Assembly (NCBI GenBank): GCA_002390675.1
Contig: DGPZ01000195.1
Span: forward strand, 67,095 to 131,094
Reading direction: 5' to 3'
DNA from: Deltaproteobacteria bacterium UBA4427
GTDB taxonomy: Bacteria > Myxococcota_A > UBA9160 > UBA4427
Length of the DNA: 64,000 bases
Of the stretch, positions 35,905-43,837 are shown piece by piece. The position numbers and the translations under genes are program-made. Each line of letters starts with the position of its first letter. Positions within the stretch are counted from its first letter, which is position 1. The notes under the pieces were generated by a model. That model searched no databases and was not told the DNA's origin. It was given only the letters and a program-made list of their open reading frames with translations.

Positions 35905-36756
35905 ATGGGTCGATGTGAAGGCAAGGTGGCTCTAGTTACGGGCGCGAGCCGCGGAATTGGAAAAGCAATCGCACAGCGGTTGGTTTCAGAAGGGGCTTCG
36001 GTCATCGTAAACGCTTCGCGAATGGGCGCGCACGGGCCACTGCCCGGAACGCTTGAAGCAGTCGCTGCAGATATTCAGGCGGCAGGGGGCGGGGCCGCAG
36101 CGATCGCATGTGATCTCGCAGACCCGGTGGCGCGTGAAGGGTTAGTTGAGCGCGCGAGCGAATTTTTCGGACCGATCGACATCCTCGTGAATAACGCCGC
36201 CTCAGGGATCATGAAACTCCCGAGTCAAACGACGAACGCCGACCGCTCCTTCATGTTCGAGCTGAATGTGAATGCCCCGGTCGACCTGGCACAGCAATGC
36301 ATTCCCGCCATGAAAGAAAACGGCGGGGGGTGGATTCTGAATATCGGCAGCGCGACGTCGTCGCAGCCTGAAATCCCGTACCGCGATTCGAAGATGTCTG
36401 CCTGGGTCATCGGCGCGTACGGTGCGACGAAAGCTGCGCTCGATCGCTACACGGAAGCCCTGGCGCACGAAGTCCAGGAGCACGAAATCTTCGTGAATTG
36501 CATGATGCCCACTTCAATCGTACTCACGAGCGGCGCCGACTATGTGAGAGATATCGCACGCAAAAACCCCGATTGGGTCGAGCCGGTCGAGATGATGGCG
36601 GAGGGAGCGCTGGAACTCTGTAGCGGTCGCCACGTGGGACGCGTGATCGCGAGTCGCGACATCGTTCATTATGCGGCTCGCAAAGTTCATAGCCTCGACG
36701 GCAAGGAAGTGCTGGGAGACGCGTTCTTGGCTGCGGATGTCGAATCGACTGCGTGA
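35905..36756 (+). CDS. SDR-family oxidoreductase
   Basis: TGASRGIGKA, NNAA, and YGATKAALDRY. Confidence 0.85.
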   Translation: MGRCEGKVALVTGASRGIGKAIAQRLVSEGASVIVNASRMGAHGPLPGTLEAVAADIQAAGGGAAAIACDLADPVAREGLVERASEFFGPIDILVNNAASGIMKLPSQTTNADRSFMFELNVNAPVDLAQQCIPAMKENGGGWILNIGSATSSQPEIPYRDSKMSAWVIGAYGATKAALDRYTEALAHEVQEHEIFVNCMMPTSIVLTSGADYVRDIARKNPDWVEPVEMMAEGALELCSGRHVGRVIASRDIVHYAARKVHSLDGKEVLGDAFLAADVESTA

Positions 36757-36761
36757 GTGCG

Positions 36762-36816
36762 GAATCGTGAGTACTGAATCGTGGTATCGAGTTGTGAGTA
36801 CTGAGTCGTGAGTACG
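36762..36816. repeat. four tandem 13-14-nt repeats GA(A/G)T(C/T)GTGAGTAC(T/G), plus a degenerate copy at 36742..36761
   Basis: Units in order: GAATCGTGAGTACT, GAATCGTGGTATC, GAGTTGTGAGTACT, GAGTCGTGAGTACG. The array spans the SDR stop to the GTG start (36808) of the sulfotransferase gene. Confidence 0.7.
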
Positions 36817-37413
36817 GGATCAGCGAGCGAGCCGGCCTTCGTGACGGTTGTTTCGGGACTGCCGCGTTCCGGGACGTCGATGATGATGCAGATGATCGCG
36901 GCTTCGGGGGTGCCGATTCTCACGGACGACGCGCGCGCGCCGGACCGAAGTAATCCGCGAGGCTACTTCGAGCACGAAGCGGTGAAGCGTCTTGCGCGGG
37001 AGAGCGGTTTCGTAAGCAGCGCGAGTGGCATGGCGCTCAAGGTTGTCTCGCCCCTGCTTCCGAGGCTGCCCTCCGGGCCGCATTACCGCATTGTCTTGAT
37101 GAAACGAGACCTGGATGAGGTGCTGCGTTCGCAGGCGCGGATGATGGGGGGCACCGCCGCGAACTCCCCTGCCGAGCGCAAAGGAGAGGACGGTATTCTC
37201 CGAGCGGCATTCACGAAGTCGGTTGCACAGGCACGCGCTTGGATTGAAAACGATCCGAATACGCTCGGTCTCGAAATCGAGCACGGCGAAGCTCTGTGCG
37301 AGCCCCTTCAAGTCGCTCGTCGCGTCGCCGAATTTCTCGGAAGATCCAGTGAGACCGACGCGCTCGCAGGCATGGCCGCGGCTGTCGATACTTCGCTGTA
37401 CCGAACTCGTTAG
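36808..37413 (+). CDS. sulfotransferase-family protein
   Basis: PAPS 5'-phosphosulfate loop VSGLPRSGTSMMMQM. 201 aa. GTG start lies inside the last tandem repeat, so the start is uncertain. Confidence 0.65.
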   Translation: MSTGSASEPAFVTVVSGLPRSGTSMMMQMIAASGVPILTDDARAPDRSNPRGYFEHEAVKRLARESGFVSSASGMALKVVSPLLPRLPSGPHYRIVLMKRDLDEVLRSQARMMGGTAANSPAERKGEDGILRAAFTKSVAQARAWIENDPNTLGLEIEHGEALCEPLQVARRVAEFLGRSSETDALAGMAAAVDTSLYRTR

Positions 37414-37425
37414 GCGAAGTCTAGG

Positions 37426-38037
37426 CTAGACCGATGCGGCCTTTTGAAAGGCGGGACGTGCGGCGAGCCGGTCGAGATAGGCATCGCACCTCGGTGTGTC
37501 CGGTCCGACAAAGCCAAGATAGCGTCCGATATTCAGGCCAAAGGCGAGCATGATGTCGGCGGCGCTAAATTGACTGCCGAGAATATACGGTTCGTCTCCG
37601 AGCGCGCGCTCTACGACGCTGACCAGGGCCGGAGCGATTTCTTTCCCTCGATCCACTAGGGCCGGGATCCGCATTTCTTCGGGCATAGGTCCGCCGTGTG
37701 CTGCGACTTCGCCCATGATGATTGTCAGCGGGTTCTCGCCGTAGGCCATCCACTGGGAGGCTCGTGCTCCCTGCTTCGTCTCACGCGGGGGGATGAGTTC
37801 AGAGTCGCCGTGTTTGCCGACGAGATATTCGAAGATCGCATGGGTCTCCCATAGAATGAAACCGTCGTCGTCGATCGCCGGAACTTTCCCGAGCGGGTGA
37901 ATTTGTAGGTAGTCCTTCGTCTTCATCTCGGGCGTGAACATCGCGAGATGCGAAAGCGTGTAATCGAGACGGAGCTCTTCGCAGAGCCAAACCACGCGCA
38001 TGGAGCGCGACTGTTTCGAATGGTAAATCGTGAGCAT
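37426..38037 (-). CDS. glutathione S-transferase
   Basis: 203 aa. N-terminal thioredoxin-like part (IYHSKQSRSMRVVWLCEEL, PLGKVPAIDDDGFILWETHAI) and a C-terminal GST helix bundle. Confidence 0.9.
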   Translation of the reverse strand: MLTIYHSKQSRSMRVVWLCEELRLDYTLSHLAMFTPEMKTKDYLQIHPLGKVPAIDDDGFILWETHAIFEYLVGKHGDSELIPPRETKQGARASQWMAYGENPLTIIMGEVAAHGGPMPEEMRIPALVDRGKEIAPALVSVVERALGDEPYILGSQFSAADIMLAFGLNIGRYLGFVGPDTPRCDAYLDRLAARPAFQKAASV

Positions 38038-38088
38038 CGGGACAGTCTAGCGCCGAGCGGTGCGAGGTCGATCGCCGCGCGAAGACGG

Positions 38089-38119
38089 CCCTTACGGCTG
38101 CGCTTCGCTGCCGTAAGGG
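38089..38119 (-). terminator. strong hairpin downstream of the alcohol dehydrogenase gene (possible terminator, no clear U-tract)
   Basis: CCCTTACGGC...GCCGTAAGGG gives 10 bp, plus 3 further inner bp. Confidence 0.35.
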
Positions 38120-38159
38120 ACGAGAGTCTTCGCAATTGCGCTTTGGCGATCGCCGGCGA

Positions 38160-39242
38160 TCAGTCGAAGACGATGACCGAGCGAGCCACCTCGCCCGCTT
38201 TCATCGCATCGAAGGCCGGATTGATTTCCTCGAGCGGAATGCGCTTGGAAATCATTTCGTCGAGCCGCAAGCGACCGTCGAGGTAGTAGTCGACGTATTG
38301 AGGCATGTCGCGTCGGAACGCGTTCGAGCCCATGAACGATCCAAGGATGCGCTTTTCTTGCAGCGTGATGTCGGCTGCGCTGAACTCTACAGTCTCGGTG
38401 ACTGCTAGGACGCCGACGAGGACCGCGGCGCCCCCCTTGGCGGCCATCCCAACCGCTTGCTGGATCGTCGGCTTAAGCCCAATGCATTCGAACGCGTAGT
38501 CGACTCCGCCGCCCGTTAGTTCCTGGATTTGCGCGACGGGATCTCCATTCGATGCGTTAATGACGTCGGTGGCACCGAGCTCTCGGGCGAGCTCGAGCTT
38601 CCAGTCCATCGTATCAACTGCGATGATCCGACTGGCACCCGCGATTCGACATCCCTGAAGCGTCGAAAGGCCAACGCCGCCACAGCCTATGACGGCACAG
38701 ACCGCGCCGGGCTCTACCTTGGCCGTTCGAAGCGCCGCGCCGATGCCGGTTGTCACACCACAGCCGATCAGCGATGCGCGATCCAGCGGCATATCGTCGC
38801 GAATTTTCACGAGCGAGCGCTCATGCGTAAGCATTTGCTCTGCGAAGGAAGATAGTGCGAACTGCATGATCGGGCCGCCATCTTTGGTGAGTCGAGAACT
38901 TCCGTCGAGGCGTGCCAGCATTTCGGGAGGCATGCAGAGATGCGGCCGTCCTGTTAGGCAGTAGTTGCATTTGCCGCACCATGCATTCAAACAGCCGATC
39001 ACATGATCACCGGGCTTGAAATCAGTCACCTCGGATCCAACGGCTTCGACGATGCCAGCGGGCTCGTGGCCTAGCACACAGGGCGTCGGCATCGGAATGC
39101 CGCCTTCGATCACGTGAAGGTCGCTGTGACAGATGCCGGAGGCGGCGGTCCGGGTCAGTACTTCGTAGGGCCCAGGTTTGTCGATTTGGATCTCTTCGAT
39201 TTCGAGCGGGGCGTTGTATTCGCGAAGTACGGCTGCCTTCAT
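38160..39242 (-). CDS. zinc-dependent alcohol dehydrogenase (MDR family)
   Basis: MKAAVLREYNAPLEIEE, GICHSDLH, GHEPAGIVEAVG, the structural Zn cysteines CGKCNYCLTG, and GCGGVGLS. The start was trimmed from 39434 to ATG 39242. Confidence 0.9.
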   Translation of the reverse strand: MKAAVLREYNAPLEIEEIQIDKPGPYEVLTRTAASGICHSDLHVIEGGIPMPTPCVLGHEPAGIVEAVGSEVTDFKPGDHVIGCLNAWCGKCNYCLTGRPHLCMPPEMLARLDGSSRLTKDGGPIMQFALSSFAEQMLTHERSLVKIRDDMPLDRASLIGCGVTTGIGAALRTAKVEPGAVCAVIGCGGVGLSTLQGCRIAGASRIIAVDTMDWKLELARELGATDVINASNGDPVAQIQELTGGGVDYAFECIGLKPTIQQAVGMAAKGGAAVLVGVLAVTETVEFSAADITLQEKRILGSFMGSNAFRRDMPQYVDYYLDGRLRLDEMISKRIPLEEINPAFDAMKAGEVARSVIVFD

Positions 39243-39439
39243 GTGTCTGGATCTCCAGGATAGGGGCGGGTTGAATAAGTGGTGGGCGGCAAACGCCCAA
39301 TCGGCGTGAAGTTGAGCCTTTGATTCTAGCCCCGCCGACGCGCGGGGCGAGGCGCAAAAAGTTCGAAAAATATGCCCGTCTCTAAAGGGCAATTCGGTTG
39401 CTACGGTCGTCCGGGACGCATGAATAGGGAGCACCAGCG

Positions 39440-40231
39440 ATGAAAGATGTCCCGATCGAAATTGGAAGCATGTTGCTGACTTTGGTCGACCCCGAGCCCG
39501 GGCACGAGGTTGCGTATAACCGTTGGTACGAGCGCGACCACTTCTATGCCGGCTGCATGGTTGGGCCGTGGCTCTTTTCGGGGGGACGTTTTGTCGCGAC
39601 GCGAGCGCTCAAATCGCTTCGGCGCTCCGATGGTCGCGGGGAAGTCGCGAAGCCTATTGATGCGGGGTCTTATGTTGCAATCTATTGGGTGCATGCGGGC
39701 AAGGATCGCGAGCATTGGGAATGGGCTGGGGATCAGGTTCATTGGCTCTACGAAAAGGGCCGCGGGTTCTCGGAGCGGCGCCACGTGCATACGGTGCTCT
39801 TCGATTATCTGACAACCGCGTATCGCGATGCCGACCCGGTGCCGATTCAGCTCGCACTTGATCATGGTTATGCGGGGGTGGCGATGATTGCGACAGATCG
39901 AGCGGCCGGCGTGAGCGAAGACGATTTCTCGGCCTGGACGGAAACGTGCGACGTCCTGGCGGGAAGTGCGATGGCCAATATCTCTACATGGCGCGCGCAG
40001 CCGCGCGACGAAATTACCGCGAATGCACCGATGGATTTGGGAACTGGAACCGGAGGTCCGGAGCGCACCATGCAGCTCGCGTTTCTCGAAGGGGATGTCC
40101 AGTCGGCGTGGTCGGACGTATCGCGTTATGCGGAGGCGATCGACGCGTCGGGTCTCGGTCGGGTCTGCTTCGTCGGTCCCTTTCATAAGACCGTCGTCGG
40201 TACGGACAAATACGCGGATCAGCTCTGGTAG
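39440..40231 (+). CDS. hypothetical protein (tandem EthD/dimeric alpha-beta-barrel-like)
   Basis: 263 aa. VAYNRWYERDHFYAG resembles the NxWYxxH motif of 20036..20377. Coding-like composition. The antisense 378-aa track ORF is rejected. Confidence 0.65.
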   Translation: MKDVPIEIGSMLLTLVDPEPGHEVAYNRWYERDHFYAGCMVGPWLFSGGRFVATRALKSLRRSDGRGEVAKPIDAGSYVAIYWVHAGKDREHWEWAGDQVHWLYEKGRGFSERRHVHTVLFDYLTTAYRDADPVPIQLALDHGYAGVAMIATDRAAGVSEDDFSAWTETCDVLAGSAMANISTWRAQPRDEITANAPMDLGTGTGGPERTMQLAFLEGDVQSAWSDVSRYAEAIDASGLGRVCFVGPFHKTVVGTDKYADQLW

Positions 40232-40233
40232 AG

Positions 40234-40827
40234 CTAGGACTTCCGCAGTGACGCCAGCCAGGCCGCTAGATCCGCGGGAGAGAGATTGCGTGCCGCGCCG
40301 CTCGAGACTTCGAGAGTGCGACGTGAAAGGCGGGTCCACCGCGTAATCGGTTCTGTGCAGTTCATAGGCGCAAAGATCGACCAGTGCGCAATTTTCTCGA
40401 TTTGGAGTGCGTCGAGCAGAGAGCGATGTTGGTCGAAGCGGCCGACATTGATTGTCAGGTGCGGCAGCGCTTCGAGTGTTTCGGAAAGAGGTGACGCTTG
40501 TTTCATGCCGTGGAGCTTTCGGCAGTCGCTGCACCATGAGGCTGAGAACTCCACAAGGGCGAGTCCACGTTCGCTTGCTTCTGCCCTGGTGCAGAGGTTC
40601 TGGAGCTCGTTGGCGAGCTCTGCGTCCGAACGAAGCGGAACGCCGTACGGCTGCCGGACGGATTTAGATGTGGCTGTGCTGGCTTCGGTATTTTGTTCGA
40701 CGCATCCAAGCGAGAAAGCGAACGCGCTCGTCAAGAAAAAGACCACGAAGCGGCGGACGCTCGGACGTCGCCTCCCTGGTATCTCGGGTGGGCGCTTTGC
40801 GGCGCAGAAGCGATACGAGAGGGTCAT
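40234..40827 (-). CDS. thioredoxin-fold lipoprotein (WCxxC)
   Basis: Lipobox FAFSLGC, and redox motif FSASWCSDCRKL. Confidence 0.75.
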   Translation of the reverse strand: MTLSYRFCAAKRPPEIPGRRRPSVRRFVVFFLTSAFAFSLGCVEQNTEASTATSKSVRQPYGVPLRSDAELANELQNLCTRAEASERGLALVEFSASWCSDCRKLHGMKQASPLSETLEALPHLTINVGRFDQHRSLLDALQIEKIAHWSIFAPMNCTEPITRWTRLSRRTLEVSSGAARNLSPADLAAWLASLRKS

Positions 40828-40950
40828 AGGGGCTCCGGCGTTTTCGATTGATCCATCGATGCGAGGGATGACGTGAGAGTCTAGGCTTGCTGGCTCGTGA
40901 GTGCTGCTAGCGGTATTTAGAGCCCGAGAACAAGAGAGGTTGACTTAGAC

Positions 40951-42030
40951 ATGACATCGAGTGCAAACGCTACGGGTTCATCTCGTCCGCTCCGAATCGT
41001 GCAGTGGGCAACGGGCAGCATAGGTCGTTATGCGATTGGTGCGATCGCCGAGGATCCCGCCCTCGAGCTGGCAGGCGTTTGGGTTCATAGTGCCACGAAG
41101 CATGGGATCGATGCAGGGACGCTCGCGGGAATCGAGAAGCTAGGCGTGGCTGCGACGACGGACGTAAATGAAATCCTTGAGTGCGACGCGGATTGCGTGC
41201 TCTATGCGCCGCTGCTTTCCGACGTTGATGAGATGTGCCGGATTCTTGAGTCGGGAAAAAATGTAGTGACGCCGACGGGATTCTCTTTCGTGAAGGACCC
41301 CTCGCTCGCAGCACGGATTGATGCGGCCTGCAAAAAAGGCGGTAGCTCTTTCCACGGAAGTGGAATTCATCCGGGTTTTGCCGGAGATCGATTGCCCCTC
41401 GTGGTGAGCGCCCTGTGTCGGCGAATCGATAAGGTGACCGTGACCGAAGTCTGCGATCTTTCGCAGGGCAGCGAGAGCCCTGAGATGGTGATGGATCAGC
41501 TCGGATTTGGGATGTCTGCCGAAGATGCGTCCGCGTCGCCGCCGGCGCTCATGGAAGTCATGAGCACGATCTTCAACGAATCGATGGACATGATCGCGGC
41601 GGGTCTCGGTTTCGAACTCGACGGCTACGAGCATCATCACGAATTCGCACTCGCGACGCGTGATGTCGAGATCCACGCGGGTACGATCAAGAAAGATCAC
41701 GTAGCTGGACAGCATTTCGAGTACATCGGAAAGGTCGGCGATCACCGCGTCATCGAATTTCAGACCTACTGGAAGATGACTCGTGACATCGATCAGGACT
41801 GGCCCTACGATGCGCCGCTCGAATACACTGTCGAGGTCGAAGGTGACCCGTCGGTACGCTGCACTTTGTCCCCGATCGGCTCGGATACGTCAGAGCCGGG
41901 GCTTGTGTGGACCGCAATGAATTGCATCAATGCGCTGCGCCCGGTTTGCATGGCGGAACCCGGCATTCGAACCTCCCTCGATCTCCCGATCGTGCGTGCA
42001 GAGGGTCGATTTCCGACCGCGTCTCACTGA
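40951..42030 (+). CDS. NAD(P)-binding dihydrodipicolinate-reductase-like / amine dehydrogenase family protein
   Basis: LRIVQWATGSIGRYAIGAIAEDPALELAGVWVHS is a Rossmann N terminus typical of the DapB-N-like family. 359 aa. Confidence 0.7.
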   Translation: MTSSANATGSSRPLRIVQWATGSIGRYAIGAIAEDPALELAGVWVHSATKHGIDAGTLAGIEKLGVAATTDVNEILECDADCVLYAPLLSDVDEMCRILESGKNVVTPTGFSFVKDPSLAARIDAACKKGGSSFHGSGIHPGFAGDRLPLVVSALCRRIDKVTVTEVCDLSQGSESPEMVMDQLGFGMSAEDASASPPALMEVMSTIFNESMDMIAAGLGFELDGYEHHHEFALATRDVEIHAGTIKKDHVAGQHFEYIGKVGDHRVIEFQTYWKMTRDIDQDWPYDAPLEYTVEVEGDPSVRCTLSPIGSDTSEPGLVWTAMNCINALRPVCMAEPGIRTSLDLPIVRAEGRFPTASH

Positions 42031-42117
42031 TCGCTGCCAGTCTCTCTCTTTAGCTCTACCCGATTGCTCCTTCTGACCGACCGCTCCCCTCTACCTCATC
42101 GATTAAGGAAAAACGAA

Positions 42118-42399
42118 ATGCTTAAGGTCAACGAATATTTCGACGGCAACGTCAAGTCGATCGGCTTCCAAGGTGCGGATCTCGCTTCCTCGGTCGGTGT
42201 TATGGCGCCGGGAGAATACGAATTCGGAACGAGCCAGAAGGAAGTGGTGACGGTCGTCGCAGGCGAGCTTGTAGTTTGCTTGCCGGGCGAATCCGAGTTC
42301 CGAGCGTACGGCGCAGGGGCCAGCTTTGAAGTGGAGGCCAATCAGAGCTTTCAGCTTCGAGTCGCGACGGCGACCGCCTATCTCTGCACCTACGAGTAG
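42118..42399 (+). CDS. ppnP: pyrimidine/purine nucleoside phosphorylase PpnP (DUF1255 cupin)
   Basis: [17 protein letters not shown]...[20 protein letters not shown]. 93 aa. AAGGAA RBS. The track TTG start 42064 is rejected. Confidence 0.85.
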   Translation: MLKVNEYFDGNVKSIGFQGADLASSVGVMAPGEYEFGTSQKEVVTVVAGELVVCLPGESEFRAYGAGASFEVEANQSFQLRVATATAYLCTYE

Positions 42400-42634
42400 T
42401 CGTTCCGCCTAGCGCCTAACTGGGATGAAGCTCTGCGGGAAGTGCATCGAATCCGTAAAGCGTGTTGTTGTTTGAAATGATGGGCTTGCCGGGAATTCCA
42501 TCGCCTCGAATTTTCCGCGACCGATGACGCTATAGACGCATTCCTCTGCTTGTTCGCGGATCCTATCGCGCAGGCTCTCGAGGGCGCGGGGGCGCATGGG
42601 GGCCTGGGTAGCCGGGGTCCTTTAAGTCCCGCGA

Positions 42635-43486
42635 TCAGATGCGCTTCGCCCATTCGCGGCGAATAAAATCGTGGCCCTCGCGCGCAAGCGTCTCTTCGTC
42701 TTCGAACATCTGACGCCAAATCTTGGTCGCAGCAGCCAGGGAGGGCAGGGTGCCGCCAAAAGCTTCGATGGTTAGCCATCCGTCGTAGCCGCTCTGGACG
42801 AGGGCGTCGAAGGTGCTGTCCCAGGCAACCTGGCCACGCCCGGGGGTACTTCGATCATTCTCTGAAATGTGTACGTGTGTGATCGCGTCCGCATGGGTGC
42901 GGATTGCGTGGGGTGAATCTTTTTCTTCGATGTGGGCGTGGAACGTGTCATAGTGGATTCCGACGTTAGGCCGGTCCAACTCCTTCACGTACCTGGCAGT
43001 GTCTTCGGTTGAATTGAGCAGGTAGATCTCGAATCGATTGAGGAATTCGAAACTCAGCTTAATGTTCGCGCGGGCAGCGTAATCGGCGACACCGCCTATC
43101 ACCGAGAGGCTGCGTTCCCATTCAGCTTCGGTTGCGCCGGCGCCACTGAATTGCCCGATTGCGGCGTAGAGTGGTCCGCCAAGGAGAGAGGATCCGACGG
43201 CTTCGCAGCTGTCCACGACGCGCTCGAGTCGCTCGCTCGCAGCTTTCCGGATGGAGGCGTCTGGAGAAATGGGGTCGTTCTCGGGATTGCAGATGGTGAT
43301 CGCAGTTCGCTCGAGTCCAAGGTCGTCTAGTCGTGCGCCGAGCTGCGCGAATTTCTCTGGATCCGGATTAAAGATCGGCAACTCGATGCCATCGAAGCCC
43401 ATATCCTTCAAACGGGCGTAGAGCGGTAGGTGGGCCTCATCGGCCGGGTCATCGGTCCAGAGGAAAAGATTCATTCCGACCTTCAT
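42635..43486 (-). CDS. sugar phosphate isomerase/epimerase (xylose-isomerase-like TIM barrel)
   Basis: MKVGMNLFLWTD...GFDGIELP...HVHISENDRSTPGRG. GGAG RBS precedes ATG 43486. Confidence 0.85.
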   Translation of the reverse strand: MKVGMNLFLWTDDPADEAHLPLYARLKDMGFDGIELPIFNPDPEKFAQLGARLDDLGLERTAITICNPENDPISPDASIRKAASERLERVVDSCEAVGSSLLGGPLYAAIGQFSGAGATEAEWERSLSVIGGVADYAARANIKLSFEFLNRFEIYLLNSTEDTARYVKELDRPNVGIHYDTFHAHIEEKDSPHAIRTHADAITHVHISENDRSTPGRGQVAWDSTFDALVQSGYDGWLTIEAFGGTLPSLAAATKIWRQMFEDEETLAREGHDFIRREWAKRI

Positions 43487-43543
43487 AGGAGCTCCTGTGT
43501 GCTGGGGTTCGCTTGCTCTCGGATGAGACTCTACACTTCCTCG

Positions 43544-43822
43544 ATGCGGATCAGTTTTTATGCGACGCTCCGAAAAATCGTCGGACAGAAACATGTCGAG
43601 ATCGATTTACCAGAAACGTGCACGCTTGAGCAGATTCTCGAGGCTGTGGTCGCCGCCTATCCAGACCTGCGAGAAGAGGTCCTCGACGAGGATGGAAAGC
43701 TCGACCGCTACATCCATCTTTTCGTGGATGGGCGTAGTTCGAAGTTTCTTCCGGATGGAATCGCGACCAAAGTCGACGCATCCCGCACGATCGAGTTCTT
43801 CCCCGCTGTCGCGGGTGGTTAG
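43544..43822 (+). CDS. MoaD/ThiS-family ubiquitin-like sulfur-carrier protein
   Basis: 92 aa, ending ...IEFFPAVAGG-stop (C-terminal GG). Convergent with the AOR gene. Confidence 0.8.
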   Translation: MRISFYATLRKIVGQKHVEIDLPETCTLEQILEAVVAAYPDLREEVLDEDGKLDRYIHLFVDGRSSKFLPDGIATKVDASRTIEFFPAVAGG

Positions 43823-43837
43823 GGCATTGCGACGAGC

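Noticed and set aside
39401-40537. 378-aa minus-strand ORF, one of the longer ORFs in the track
   Set aside because: It is antisense to the coding-like 39440..40231 gene. It is extremely Arg/Pro/Ser-rich with no motif, which is the typical shadow ORF of a high-GC gene.
42400-42634. Short ORFs downstream of the sugar isomerase gene (e.g. 42409..42597, MRPRALESLRDRIREQAEECVYSVIGRGKFEAMEF...)
   Set aside because: The first 35 residues look protein-like, but the frame degenerates and no family is recognisable. It may be a gene remnant and is not called.
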